A stretch of 64,000 nucleotides of DNA from NCBI GenBank assembly GCA_963693365.1, contig CAVNZM010000005.1:9218334-9282333 (forward strand), written 5' to 3'. The notes under the pieces are model-generated. The model did not search any database and was not told where the DNA came from. It saw nothing but the letters and a program-made list of their open reading frames with translations. A program made the translations under genes and the position numbers. Each line of letters begins with the position of its first letter. The first letter of the stretch is position 1. Positions 34,395-55,074 of the stretch are shown here, piece by piece. This stretch comes from Amoebidium appalachense (lineage: Eukaryota > Protista > Ichthyosporea).

Positions 34395-35449
34395 GGTGGG
34401 TGGGTGGGTGGGTGGGTAGGGGGGCCTATGTCATGATGGATATTTATGGATTTTTGATATGGCCATGAATAAACTTTCTCGAGTATAATGTATGATGCAT
34501 CAACCCTGGTTGACTTCACCTTCGACCGTGTGCATACATATTATGCAAAGGAGACAATTAAGTCGACTCATTATATGCCGTGACCTGAAAACCATCGTCT
34601 ATCCATATATGTCAGGAGAAAAAAATCATGTGGCACAGCTGTCCTGGAATATTTAAGAGTATTCAAAGTTCACACGTATGGAAACCCTAGTTTGGAATAT
34701 AAAAAAAAAGAGTGCAAATACATCTCTTGTGCATCCATATCCTTTTTGCAAGTTAAAGCTGAAGAGGAAATGACGTGTGTATATATATATATCCAACAGA
34801 TGTCTCGCACATTGCATGAGGATGTACCAGTATATCTACTACAACAGATGTGCGAGCACTTCCTAGGATGGGTACATTCGAGTAAGTCAAAAACGAGGAG
34901 ACAGCAAACGATTTATCCCAGTAAAATCACAATTCAACTCAACAGGATTGAATGCCTATAAGACAATCAGATAATAAGCCGAAGTAATCAGTACCTGCTC
35001 ATTCGCGCAATATATCTCCATATGGATACATAAAAGTATATAAGAGAGAAACTGAAAGTCTCATAATGGTAATAAGTTACACCAACGACGATTGACTTCC
35101 TCAGTTCCCTTTGGTGTCACCCATACCCGACATACTCCACAATTCAGTTAACATTCCTAAAAAATATCCCCTTCTCATGCCCAGCCCCAATAACCTGAAT
35201 CTCAAAGGTGACCTGCTTGTAATCATATACGTGTCAAAGCCAGTGGTTTCAAGTTCCATTCAATCGATATCAACAATCAGCAGTGGCCAGCGAATCACAA
35301 TAGAACTTGTGGGATTGCCAATTTAATTTTTTGACACGGGAAGGAGCAGACACCCAATCACTTCGGTACACTTGCGGCTCCTTGACGTCTGTATTCTTGC
35401 ATTCTCTCCCGATCTTGCATGATTTTTAACCAGTGGCATTGCTCCATTT

Positions 35450-35795
35450 TTACTCCTGCGAAGGGCCCATTTGGGCCTCCAGCCGCAACCTCTCAGCCAA
35501 TTGTATCAGGAAGTCCTCCTCGGCAGCTGTTGATTGGATGTCGTCGTCCGGTCCCGGCCAATGGTGTTCGACCCCCTGGTAGAAATCTTGCGCGCGATTG
35601 GCCGCTTCAGCTTCCATCCAGCCACTCTCCAGGCGTGATTTTAGCGCGCTGATCTCTTCCGCGGTGAGAAGAGGAGAGTCTGACACTGCCTTGCCTCCCT
35701 GCTATTGGTTGAGTGTCACGTTAGAACGATCCATTCTAATTTCAACCTCCTCGCCTCGACTCTTTTCCTGTCCCCCCCCTCCCCCCCCCTCCCCC

Positions 35796-35875
<80 letters not shown>

Positions 35876-35880
35876 CTCGC

Positions 35881-35915
<35 letters not shown>

Positions 35916-36021
35916 CCTCCCCCGCCCGGGGCCTGCCCTCTGTCCCGCCTTTGTCCCTCCGTTCCAAAAAAAAACTCTTCTCGGCACAGCGCCAAGATAA
36001 GAAACACAATGATATCAGGTT

Positions 36022-36054
<33 letters not shown>

Positions 36055-36154
36055 ATCTCCCTCCCCCCTCCCCCCCCCCCCCCCCCCCCCCATCTCCCTC
36101 CCCTCCTCCCCCCTCCCCCCGCCCCTTCCCTCCACCCTCCCTCCCCTCCCTCCC

Positions 36155-36185
<31 letters not shown>

Positions 36186-36857
36186 AAAAAAAAAAAAACA
36201 CGGTCGCACAATGCGGCTCTGGGTAAACAAGTACAACAATGTGCTGGATGTGCGCTTTGGCTGTATGAGCCAATGAGATAAAGGCCTCGAAGACACCTCA
36301 AAACATACACGCGAATTCAAATGAGAAACCAAACAACTGTTAGAAGGAGCGCGGGGGGGGGGCTCTTCAGAACATACATTTTCCACGCATACGATTGCGA
36401 GGTGGTCAGCAAACCAGGTGTGGACAGCCCGGGCAAGGTGCTGGCAGTTGCTCCTGAGCACGTGGTAGTGGGGGTCCAATCCCCCTAGATGGCCCACCAC
36501 CTCCGAGACCAAGGGACCCCACAGGCCCGAGGGTACCTCTTGCACCACCTGCTCGTGAATGGCGTGCACCTAGGGGGATTTTAACTTCAATTTGGGACTT
36601 CAATTCATATTTTCGAATTTGGGACTTTATTTTTTTTTTGAATCAATTATTTTGTTCTTAGAAATCAAAGTGCCCTTTGATTTTTGTTATGCACGTTTAC
36701 ATGTTAGTTAAGGCTTGACGTGCGGCCTGCATTGAAAGAGTGTGTGTGCAGTTATGTGCGCATGTGTGCGTGTCCGCGCACGTTAACATGTGTTCTTAGC
36801 AGGAGGGGGGGTGGGAGAGGCGGGGGTCTCCGGGGAAGGGTGGGAGGGTGTGTGTGT

Positions 36858-36900
<43 letters not shown>

Positions 36901-37080
36901 CTTCATTTTCGGTTCAAGTTCGGGGTAACTCCTCCCATCGAAAGTAAACAAGGCGCTTTGTAAGAGCACAATAACACCGAGCGGCTGTGCAGCAAGAACA
37001 ACTCCCCCCCCCCCCCCTTCCCCCGGAATACAAAAGAAAAAGAAAAGAAAGAAAATAAAAAGGGAAGGGAAAAAACGACG

Positions 37081-37114
<34 letters not shown>

Positions 37115-37933
37115 GGGGGGGATAAGCTCGGCTCTCTAAAATAAAGCACTGAACGCACCTCTGTTGGGTGGCCGGTCTTCTCCATCTCCCCAAACCCCAT
37201 CCAGTCGGCGGTCCACTCATCAGGTGCGTACAGTACTCTCATGGTGGCCCCATCCTTGTACATGTCCTTCACGCACACCAAGTACCCCAACCCATCCTGC
37301 AGTTTGAGCTCGCACCACCAATGTTCCGCCCGAGCGTTTTCAACGAATGTCTCATCTCCTGCAAGTTCATTGATGTAATCGACCACCACCTGCTCCACAC
37401 CGTAATCTCGTGCCTGGCGGCGAAATTCTTCAACGTCGACTTTCAGCGGGCGTGACTTGAGCCGTAGCTCGCTGTAATTAGGGGATCTGGTGAGTGATGA
37501 TCTGCAGCGGGGGGGGGGGGGGGGGGGGGATGGAGGGGGGGATGGAGGGGGGGGGGGGGGGGGGGGGATGGGGGGAGGGGAAGGAGAGGGAGGCCCGCTC
37601 TATCTATATACTTTTTTAAAGATGTCTAAAATTGTGTGCGTTTGGGACGTAGGGAGGGCACGACGTGTTTCTGAACGTGTGCGTGTGTTTGTGTGTCTGT
37701 ATCTGTGAGCTAATCTATGTGCAGGAGGGGTCTGCTCCATTGTGTGCACGCAACCGTCTCTTGCCCGAGTGCGGATGGATGCTGGGTTGGTTGCCTATGT
37801 GCTTGTGAGTGCAAATGCAATTAAGGCGGGTGTGTGTGTGTGTGTGGTGTGTGTGGTGGTGCCGGTGGTAGTAGTGATGATTTTTTGAGGGGTGGGGGGG
37901 GGGGGGGGGGGGGGGAGGTGGGTGGTAGGGGGT

Positions 37934-37964
<31 letters not shown>

Positions 37965-38257
37965 AGGGGGGGGGTCTCTACATACCAAATGCGTGCATCA
38001 CAAGCTGCAAGCACAAGTTCATCCACATGTAGCCCGCCATTTCTTGTGTAGGCTTCCAATGCTTCGTCCACCCTCGCCTTTGCCGCCAACTCTGTAATTT
38101 TCTTCGTTGCCTTGTAGCTGGCCAACGCCAACCCGGCAAACGCAGCTAGAACTAGGGCCATGGTCCCAAGCCCGTGAAAGCCATTAGACTGTTCATGTTC
38201 ATGTTCACGTTCTTGCGTGCGCCTTGTGCGTTGTGGTGTGCTCCGTGTGCTAGGCAT
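35450..38257 (-). CDS. Permuted papain-fold (PPPDE/LRAT-like NlpC/P60) protein with N-terminal hydrophobic anchor, 4 exons, about 337 aa
   Basis: Exons (minus): 38257-37986, 37471-37159, 36569-36393, 35701-35450 (NAGNAG acceptor TAGCAG). Hydrophobic segment MALVLAAFAGLALASY. His motif AEHWWCEL precedes YHVLRSNCQHLARA, the His-before-Cys order of permuted NlpC/P60 enzymes. The exon 2 acceptor choice is inferred. Confidence 0.7.
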
Positions 38258-38915
38258 ACTGGTGACTTTAATGATGTTTTGGAATGGGTTGCAGGCGAAG
38301 TTCAGCGAGGAATGCTTACAGAATCAAGGGTTGAAAAAGGTAAGGCAGTGTGCTATATTTCCGAGTGTTGTATGCAAAAACAAATTTGAAAGCCTAGAAG
38401 AAGGAAGCCTTTCTCGTGTTTCAAGGGATAAAAATCAATGCGTGGTGACCTTGCCGTTCAAAACAAAAGGCGGAAAGTAATGCAGTTTTTTGCAACCTTA
38501 GTAATCTCAAAGTGAAGAAAAAGGGAAGCTTGGAACCCTTTGATTTCAATAGCGTGTCAGTAGAAAAGCACGTATACAGCTTAAGGTTAGCTCGCTCACT
38601 CTCTCAAAAGTCCTCTCTCCGAATTCGCAACATTCTAAGCTTTGTTTAGCAGTAAGAACATGCCTACAATATAACCCAAACTCCAAAACTAACTTTTACG
38701 TTTGGAGAGGACTCTAGTATGTACTTGGTCTTGGTTCTGTCAATGACATCATAGTGACTCATGATGTTCTCATCCGATTGGCTGATCACTTCTTGGCCCT
38801 TCACATATGTACATCCAGCAATTGATGAACACACTATAAATATTTTCTTTTGTATAAGTTATTATTAAACTTTAAAATGTTTTAAAAATAAATAATATAC
38901 CTTGTATATATGTAC

Positions 38916-39348
38916 ATATGTTTCTGTGTCTGAATATTGGTTGTCTGAATATTGGTTGTGGGTTTGCAGCTGGTATAGCTACTAGTCTCCAAGGCAATGT
39001 ACCCACTGTGCTTACGTAGGGGCTCCCTCTCGCGTAACGCACCCAGGCCTCCTAAAACGTAAGTGGCTGAGCACTACTACGCTGCGGCAACATACAAGGT
39101 ATGTTGAGCCGGGCCGCAGGGAGACGGCACTCAAATATGTTTCTGTGTCTGAATATTGGTTGTCTGAATATTGGTTGTGGGTTTGCAGCTGGTATAGCTA
39201 CTAGTCTCCAAGGCAATGTACCCACTGTACTTACGTAGGGGCTCCCTCTCGCGTAACGCACCCAGGCCTCCTAAAACGTAAGTGGCTGAGCACTACTACA
39301 TACGCTGCGGCAACATACAAGGTATGTTGAGCCGGGCCGCAGGGAGAC
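38916..39348. repeat. Near-perfect tandem duplication, period 219 bp, with terminal hairpin
   Basis: 38916-39125 and 39135-39348 are nearly identical (one substitution and one 4-bp indel seen). Each has CTGCGG-CAACATAC AAG GTATGTTG-...-GCCGCAG. Confidence 0.95.
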
Positions 39349-39386
39349 AACTACATGTACATACTTTTTACACCCTCCAGAAGTTG

Positions 39387-39458
39387 ATTGGCTAACAATG
39401 CACCTAAGCTACCATGTGATTGGGGCATTGGCCACCTAAAATTCCTCGATATGATTGG
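39387..39458 (+). promoter_or_regulatory. Cluster of inverted CCAAT boxes upstream of MYDGF
   Basis: ATTGG at 39387, 39419, 39427 and 39454, 160-230 bp upstream of the ATG, in a divergent intergenic region. Function inferred only. Confidence 0.35.
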
Positions 39459-39618
39459 GTATCCATGCAGCCCTTTGCATTTTTTGGCCGCTTCATTCTT
39501 CTTTCCCTTTCGCGCGTCAAACCCCGCCTTCCTGTCTTTGCCCTCTCTCAGAAAAAGTTTTTCTAATTGTATTTATATATATATTCCTGTTATTGAGTGC
39601 TGGTGGAGGAACGCAAAC

Positions 39619-45923
<6,305 letters not shown>

Positions 45924-46519
45924 TTGAGCCCCCCCTGCACCCACACCGCCAAATCTTTCCATCGGGAGTTCTTTCCTTGGTTCGCTAAAAATGAAATTTC
46001 GTTGGAACTTAAAGAGAAAATTCAGTGCGCACCGAGTATCTGTGTGCATGCTGCACAGAGTGATTTGCCAATCTAAGCCTGTACGGCCCAACTGTTCAGG
46101 TAGATTATGTGTGTAGTAGATACCAACCTTGCTCTTGTTTTTTTTGTTTTTTGTTTTTTGTTTTCATCATTCATTTCATATTGCTTATTATCGCTGTTTG
46201 AGTTTGCCTGGTGAATTATCTGAATAACATATCTGCACCCTTTGTTGTGCCAGCCGTGCAGTGGGCTGGGGCGCGACTCTTTATTTGGTTGCTAATGAGA
46301 TAACTAGTATGGGGGTTTTTGGGATGCATCTAAAAAGGAGTAGACTATTTGCACCTGGTTTGGGATGTGTATGTGTCTATTTTATTCATGGTGTGTGTGA
46401 TATGATATGTGATATGATCTCTTGGTACGGAATTGTCGATTATTTTGCTTAATATGCCGACGTAACAAGAAAACTCGGAGTTCTTTTTCGCATTATTGTG
46501 TGCACGATCCACGGTAGGG

Positions 46520-47395
46520 GTACTGTTTGCATGTGCGCTGCGGCGCAATGCAGCTGTCACTGATAGACTCACGGCAAGCATGTACTGTTTGCATGAGTAC
46601 TGTTTGCATGTGCGGGCAAGTATGTACTGCTTGCATGAGTACAGTTTGCATGTGCTACCCGGCAAGTAATCTATGATCAAGCATGTATTGTTTGCGTGAG
46701 TACTGTTTGCATGTGCCGCTAAGGTAATGTGATGTCTGTACACTGTTTTCGACACTTGCTCACGTGCACACAGTACGCTGAAAGCACGCACGTGCTCATA
46801 GCACGTTGAAAATACCACCACATATTAGCCAATGTAATGCCTGCTAACGGTATTCAGTGTAGTGTGCTTAGGAGTGTGCAGGTACTGTTTGCATGTCTTG
46901 TTTGCATGAGTATAAGAATTGCTTGCATGGTTGCTACTGTTACGTCTGCATAGTGTTTTCCGCATCCAGTGTGCATGTGTGCGCAAGCACTGTTTCAACA
47001 AGTACTACTTGTATGTGTTGTGTGCGCACGAAAAGTGCTGTTTGCACGAGTACTGCTTGCATGCACGAGTACTACTTGCATGTGTGGTTCTCATTGACAA
47101 GACTGTGTGCATGAGTACTGCTTGCATATGTGATACAGAAATGTGATGTCTGCAAGTACTGTTTGTAACGATTGTGCCTGGAGACAGTGTTCCCACGTTT
47201 GAACAAGCAGTGTGTGGTGTGCGTGCAGTGTGCATAGGTGTGCCAACGAGTGCATGTGCATAGTGTTCGAACATACCGTATAGTGTACTGTGTGGATGCC
47301 AGTTGATGGTGTAATAAGTCACGCTCATGTGCGTAGTGTACGGTAGAGAGTACTGTGTGCATGCGAACGAATGTACGGAGTACTGTTTGCATGTG
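46520..47395. repeat. Cluster of degenerate GTACTG(T/C)TTGCATG units
   Basis: Roughly 15-20 copies, often as 15-bp-period pairs separated by variable sequence, between the convergent MYDGF and transporter 3' ends. Confidence 0.8.
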
Positions 47396-47737
47396 TAACA
47401 GTTACCAGGATGTAAAATGACAAGTGCTCATGTCAAGTTTTCGTTCGCTTTTAATGCATACCGTTTGCATGAATTTTTTTTCTGCGAAACGACTAATGTA
47501 TGTACACCATTAGGGGCTCATTCGATCGTAATTATAAACAGCAGCACACCCATTGACTCAGAACGCAAGCTGTTCCATTTGCTGAAAACTAAGAAGAATG
47601 CAAAAAAGAAAAATGAAAAAGCCGGGTTGTTGAAATAGCAACAGAAGCCGAAGCAGCAGAACTACATCTATTTTCGCGGACTTCGATGGCAATGCATATC
47701 TAATGTACACCAAAGCTAGCATTATAGTGTTTTTGCT

Positions 47738-49144
47738 CTAGTACTCTGCCTTCTTCTCCATAGCAACCCCGGATGCATCGGTACCGGTGGCCGTTGCGTC
47801 GTCGCGAAGAGTGTTCTGGACGTACTTCATTGCGACGAACATGTAGAAGGGAATGGCCACCGTGAACATGCCCCAGTTGACAAACAGCTGCACGTGCCAG
47901 CCGGCATTGTTGTCCAACTGCCAGGCAATGGCGGCAAATCCGGACTGGATGCCCTTGTAGTAGCCGGTGTAGCGCGCAGACTGCGACAGATCGTTGGTGA
48001 TGGCACCCATGATCCAGTAGGCGTAGGTCTGCAGCATAGCATCACCCATACCGTACAGGAGGAAGCAGATGATGGGGTAGATGTACATGCCGCCGTCATT
48101 GACGTCAATGCGCTTCTTGGCGGCAAGGTCAGCAGGGCAGTTGGCGTTCTTGGGGTCGCACTCGTAGCCGGGCTTGTCATAACCACCCTGCCAGCCGAGC
48201 TGAAGGTAGCAACCCAGACCCCAGGCAACGGTGAAGAAGACAGCCAGAATCATACCACCAAGGGTGGCACGCTTCTTGCGGGACATGGAGGGCTGGTCGA
48301 GGAACATCTTGCCGAAGAGGAAAGCACCCAACATCTGTGAGGCCCAGTACAGAGCGCTGTTGAGACCGCGGGCACGGATGGTGAAGAGAGCACCGTTGAC
48401 GGCGTTAAACTGGTACGAGTAGAAAAAGTTGGAGGTGGCAAACAGGGGCGTCAGCAAGAGCATGTGCTTGTCCAAGAACATGAGTGCAACGTTCTTGAAC
48501 TCGTCCAGGGGGTTGGCGGCCTTCTCGAAGATAACGGCCTCACCATCCTCACGGATGACCGTGTTGGGGTTGACAAGGAGGAAGAAGGCGGCAATGGAGC
48601 CAATAGCCATGATGCCGGCAAAGGTGAAGTAGGTGGCAGCCGAGGCACCGCCGGATTCGGTGTGGAAGTTGACGGCAAACACGAGCAGACCACCGAGGCA
48701 GCCACCGAGGTTGAAGATGACCCAGAAGAGGGAGATGTAGCTGCCCTTCTTCTCCTCGGGGGCATAGGCCATCATCATGGCACCCTGGGCCGTCCAGAAC
48801 AGACCGGCACCCACACCGAGCAGGGCACCGGAGAGGATAGCGAGCCAGTTGAAGGCGGAGTCGTGGCCGGCAGCATACTGGCCCACAGCATACAGCACGT
48901 AGGTGAGACCACCACAGCCCATCAGAATCTTGTTGCCGTAGGAGCCGCACAGGTTGAAGATCATGCCACCGAAGTAGCCGAAGATGGCAAAGCAGGCGTA
49001 GAGGGCGGTGTTGGAGTTGTTTGCGGTGGTGGCGTCAGTGCTGCCGGCGCCGCCCAGACCGGACATGGCGTTGAACATGCCCGGGCAAGAGAAGGCCAGG
49101 AAGGACACAATGATGATTTGCACTTTGCCCCCGTTGAGCCCCAT
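47738..49144 (-). CDS. UNC-93-like major facilitator superfamily membrane protein, intronless CDS, 468 aa
   Basis: Single ORF from ATG 49144 (CACCATGG context) to TAG. Multiple TM helices. UNC-93-like motifs FSCPGMFNAMSGLGGAG, GAGLFWTAQGAMMMAY, FWVIFNLGG, SNFFYSYQFN, F-IRARGLN, YWIMGA, RYTGYYKGIQS. Strong C/G-ending codon bias. Confidence 0.92.
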   Translation of the reverse strand: MGLNGGKVQIIIVSFLAFSCPGMFNAMSGLGGAGSTDATTANNSNTALYACFAIFGYFGGMIFNLCGSYGNKILMGCGGLTYVLYAVGQYAAGHDSAFNWLAILSGALLGVGAGLFWTAQGAMMMAYAPEEKKGSYISLFWVIFNLGGCLGGLLVFAVNFHTESGGASAATYFTFAGIMAIGSIAAFFLLVNPNTVIREDGEAVIFEKAANPLDEFKNVALMFLDKHMLLLTPLFATSNFFYSYQFNAVNGALFTIRARGLNSALYWASQMLGAFLFGKMFLDQPSMSRKKRATLGGMILAVFFTVAWGLGCYLQLGWQGGYDKPGYECDPKNANCPADLAAKKRIDVNDGGMYIYPIICFLLYGMGDAMLQTYAYWIMGAITNDLSQSARYTGYYKGIQSGFAAIAWQLDNNAGWHVQLFVNWGMFTVAIPFYMFVAMKYVQNTLRDDATATGTDASGVAMEKKAEY

Positions 49145-49253
49145 GGTGAATAGTACCGCCTTTGGCCCACACACAGAAGAAATGGGTTATGAAAAGGATT
49201 ACACAAGGCTTTTCCCAGCCTTGCTTGTCTCGCTTGTGACAGTTTGCGTGTTC

Positions 49254-49286
49254 TGACGGCAGATCATCCGGATTTACCTTTATATA
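49254..49286 (-). promoter_or_regulatory. TATA box and initiator of the UNC-93-like gene
   Basis: Minus-strand TATATAAA at 49286-49279 with an Inr-like TCAG whose A (49254) is 32 nt downstream, 110 nt before the ATG. Confidence 0.55.
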
Positions 49287-50565
49287 TGCCATCGGAGTGC
49301 TATATGCCCCAATAGAGTAGCCCCCATTCGCGCACCCTTTGCTACAGTGATTTTCAGCCACTCATGTCTGGTCATGATGAACTGTAGAAGGCTAGCGATT
49401 GGGGCAACGGCCAATATTCCAAAAAAGGTCTAAATTCCTGTCAGGCGCGGACCCATGGCCTTGCGAAAGAAAGATAGAGAAAGCATAAAGGCGGCACTGA
49501 ATGAAGGGGCGAATTTACCTTTATTGTATGTGACAGTTTTGTTAGTTTTTGCTCTGAAAGACTCTCACTACCAGACTTCATTACCGTAGCTCTAACGTCA
49601 TGGAGCCGGTGAGCCCTGGCTTCTTTCACCGACAACATTGTAGTACCCAATACTGGCGCCTGAAACTTTCATGGGCCATGCTCTTGCAATCTTTACATCA
49701 CATATGATGGAGATACAGTCAAAGTGTGCAAATAACTTTATTGAATCAGTCCGTAAAACTTTTTATACGTGTCATTCTACATTACTGCACAAAAGCAGGC
49801 CTATTTTTTTTGTATTTGAAATGAGGCTACAGTACGCCACCGGATTTATGATGCCCCGGGCCCAAACAAAGATTCCTATTGACTCTCATTTCCGATTGGA
49901 TAAGCGCTCTAGGTCATTAGAGCAGCATGATAATTAACCAATGATGCGAGCATATTGTGGCTCACTTTTTAGATGATGGGCACTGGTACTTTCTACACGC
50001 ATATCTTTCATCCCCAAAAAGTTGGCTCTAAAAGTTGAAAGTAAAGGCCTGTAACAATGGCTTATGAATTAGGAGACTCAGTAGGACATGTCGATGCATT
50101 CAATGGTTATTGTATTGTTGTGACGGGCGGATTCAGTGGCCAGCCTGCCAGTTCTGCGAGCCGGCATCCAGATGTGCGCGGGTGGCCGCTAGCTAGATCT
50201 GACGGCCAGCTGGCACAGATCCTTTGCAACGGGGGCACCCAAGTTCTGCTGCACACACTTGTTGTTCGTTGGGTTCTATAATAGCGTCTCGTGAATTCAA
50301 CACAGTGTAGCATTGCCATGTTCAGAGTGATAGTGTTAGTAGATATCGATGCCATGTAAAGTAATCGTGTTTGTTACCATCCAATCCATCAACATTGCAC
50401 TGAGTGCAGTCGGATGAGCCTCGGTATGCGCTCGTTTTGCCGGGGGGGAATCATAAATTTTTTTACAGTGTACGATTGGACGACACCGCACCCTGTATCT
50501 GGAATGTGCCTTTTAGGCATTTGATTGGTCATGACAGATTCCACAAATTCCTGCGGAGGTGCAAC

Positions 50566-52801
<2,236 letters not shown>

Positions 52802-53826
52802 GGTGCAACATTGCACTGAAAGTCAATATCAGGGTTTGAATTCTGCGGCTGAAGGATCGCCCTCAGCCCCTCGCCCCGAGTGCCGGGCGAAGTTCCAAAT
52901 GGTACGTTAACAAGGCAAGTTAGCGTCGTCAGATGACTTACATATATAGGTCATATATAGCGGCAGGTCTATATTAACCAAAAATAATATACCCAACTTT
53001 CACACTGTGTTACCCAACCGATAAACACGCCAGAAATCCATCCGCAGTACAGGCAGTACTTCCGACCACCGGCACTGATCTGTCGCCATGGCCAATCGTC
53101 GACGCGGTCGCGAATTTGCGGCTGCAGACAGATCTTGCAATGTAACGCCATACTAAGCGGCATTTCATTTAAAATGCAGGCTATATATTAAATGCTCGGA
53201 CCAAAAGTTTATTATGGCTATTACATATGTATACATATAGTATTGTAAGATGCTCTGAAGCCGTGGCGGCCATGGGAGTGGGCAACATGACCAACTAACT
53301 TTAAGCATAGGTCCGTGCGATTGTCCGTCCGTCATTCAAGCTGGCATCCCTTCGAATTTCGAAGTCCGGTTCTTGAACTTTGGCAAAGTTTCATCAGCCG
53401 AATGATCTTTCGCCTGCCCTGAAGTGCACCCTGTCTGGCCATCATTCATCAAGAATCTGAAAAGGAAGGATTTAGGCATCGAAATCCCTTACAAGCCTGC
53501 TGATGACATTATATTATCATTATTATTGTTGCCGTGTTGTTGAGTATTGTTCACCGATATTGTTTCCTTTCGTGTTTCCTCGGGGCATTTCGGTAACGTA
53601 GTAGTGCACTAGTGCAAGCTTTATACTGGCCTTGTAAATGAATGTTCCTGTTGCTCTAACATTTGTCACCCAACCTGATATATGCTGTCTAATACAATGA
53701 AGATATTGAAGCAGGCGGAGGACGGCCTGATTGGGAGCTGAGGGACGTTTGGGGGGGGGAGGGGGGGGGGGGGGGGGGGGGGGAGGGGGGGGGAGGGGGG
53801 GGGGGGGGAGGGAAAAAAAAAAGGGG

Positions 53827-53876
<50 letters not shown>

Positions 53877-54283
53877 CCAATGGCATGGCCACAGTGTCCC
53901 TGTGGTACGTTATTACCACTACCAACATGTTTACCTGGCAGTTACTACTGATTAGTACTAACGCGTACTGTCCGGAAGGCTTGTTTCGAGTCGAGAAGGG
54001 GGGAAGCTAGCACTAGCGGATGCCCGAGATATAGAGCTCGAGGGGGTCCCATATGCATGGAATGGGCCACCAACCCCCATGGCCATGCGGGTGAACTCCC
54101 CCCCCCCCCCCCCCCCCCCCTCCCCCCGGAATTTCGAAGCTAGTTTAGATAGATAGGGAAAGGGGCCCCAGGCTGGGGCTTAAGGGGATGGGGGGGCTGG
54201 GGGGATCCGGAGTAGCAATTGCATTTATGTTGCGGATAGATTTCCAATAATTCATGACCATGATTTAGAAATAGTTGGCGGTT

Positions 54284-54359
<76 letters not shown>

Positions 54360-54714
54360 ACGTGTGTGTGTGTGTGTGTGCGTTGTGTGCACGCATGCGT
54401 GCATGTGTGCACCTGCTTGATAATATTACTTGTGTAATTAAGCAGGGTGACTCACAGAACAGAACTGTACGTAATGTTAGCTAGAGGGAGGTGGGGGGGG
54501 TGGGGTATTTTTTGAGAGGAGGGGCGGGGGCACGGGAGAAGGGGGGGGGGGGGGGGGGGGGGGGAGTCGTTAGAAAATGTTATTAGAGCATATCATGTCT
54601 ACTATTGGTAGTCCACATTTGCCACAGACAACACAAAGCAGACCTTTCAAAGAACACGCAGAGTAGGCACCCGGCAGAAGAAGAGCACAAGCGCGAAGGG
54701 TGAGAAATGTGTGT

Positions 54715-54884
54715 GGGGTTTACGCTGTTTACTCGAGGCAAAGAGAAACCAGTCTCAGGTATGGGGGTGGTTTTTGCTCGGAATATCCCCTCAGCGGTAT
54801 ATCATGATCACGTACATAGATGTCGGGTGATGACTATATATCAGGGTTTACTTTCTCTACGAGATACCATAAAGACTACAAAGA
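54715..54884 (-). repeat. Dispersed repeat of about 165 bp, copy 2
   Basis: Inverted homologue of 1713-1872; lies just downstream (minus strand) of the LINE fragment. Confidence 0.8.
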
Positions 54885-54908
54885 GAAATCAATTAGTTGG
54901 GGTTCCCC

Positions 54909-54945
<37 letters not shown>

Positions 54946-54976
54946 GGGCTCCCCTGGGACACTCGGTATCAGCTGG

Positions 54977-55063
<87 letters not shown>

Positions 55064-55074
55064 CGCGTGCGCTA

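Noticed and set aside
37471-37986. In-frame TGA formed at a splice junction (TG|A) in the papain-fold gene, suggesting selenocysteine or recoding
   Set aside because: It arises only if the AG before 37501 or 37486 is used. The acceptor CCCTAATTACAG before 37471 has an adjacent branch motif and gives TGC (ARICELRLKSRPL). TGA is a normal stop in two other genes here.
46520-47395. CRISPR-like repeat-spacer appearance
   Set aside because: Repeats are short and degenerate, spacing is irregular, the context is eukaryotic and there are no cas genes.
48464-49153. 229-aa and other antisense ORFs over the transporter
   Set aside because: Shadow ORFs expected from strong C/G third-position bias.
52830-54143. 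Second hAT-like element starting CAGGGTTTGAATTC
   Set aside because: No matching right TIR or repeat of the 8-bp flank GTCAATAT was found.
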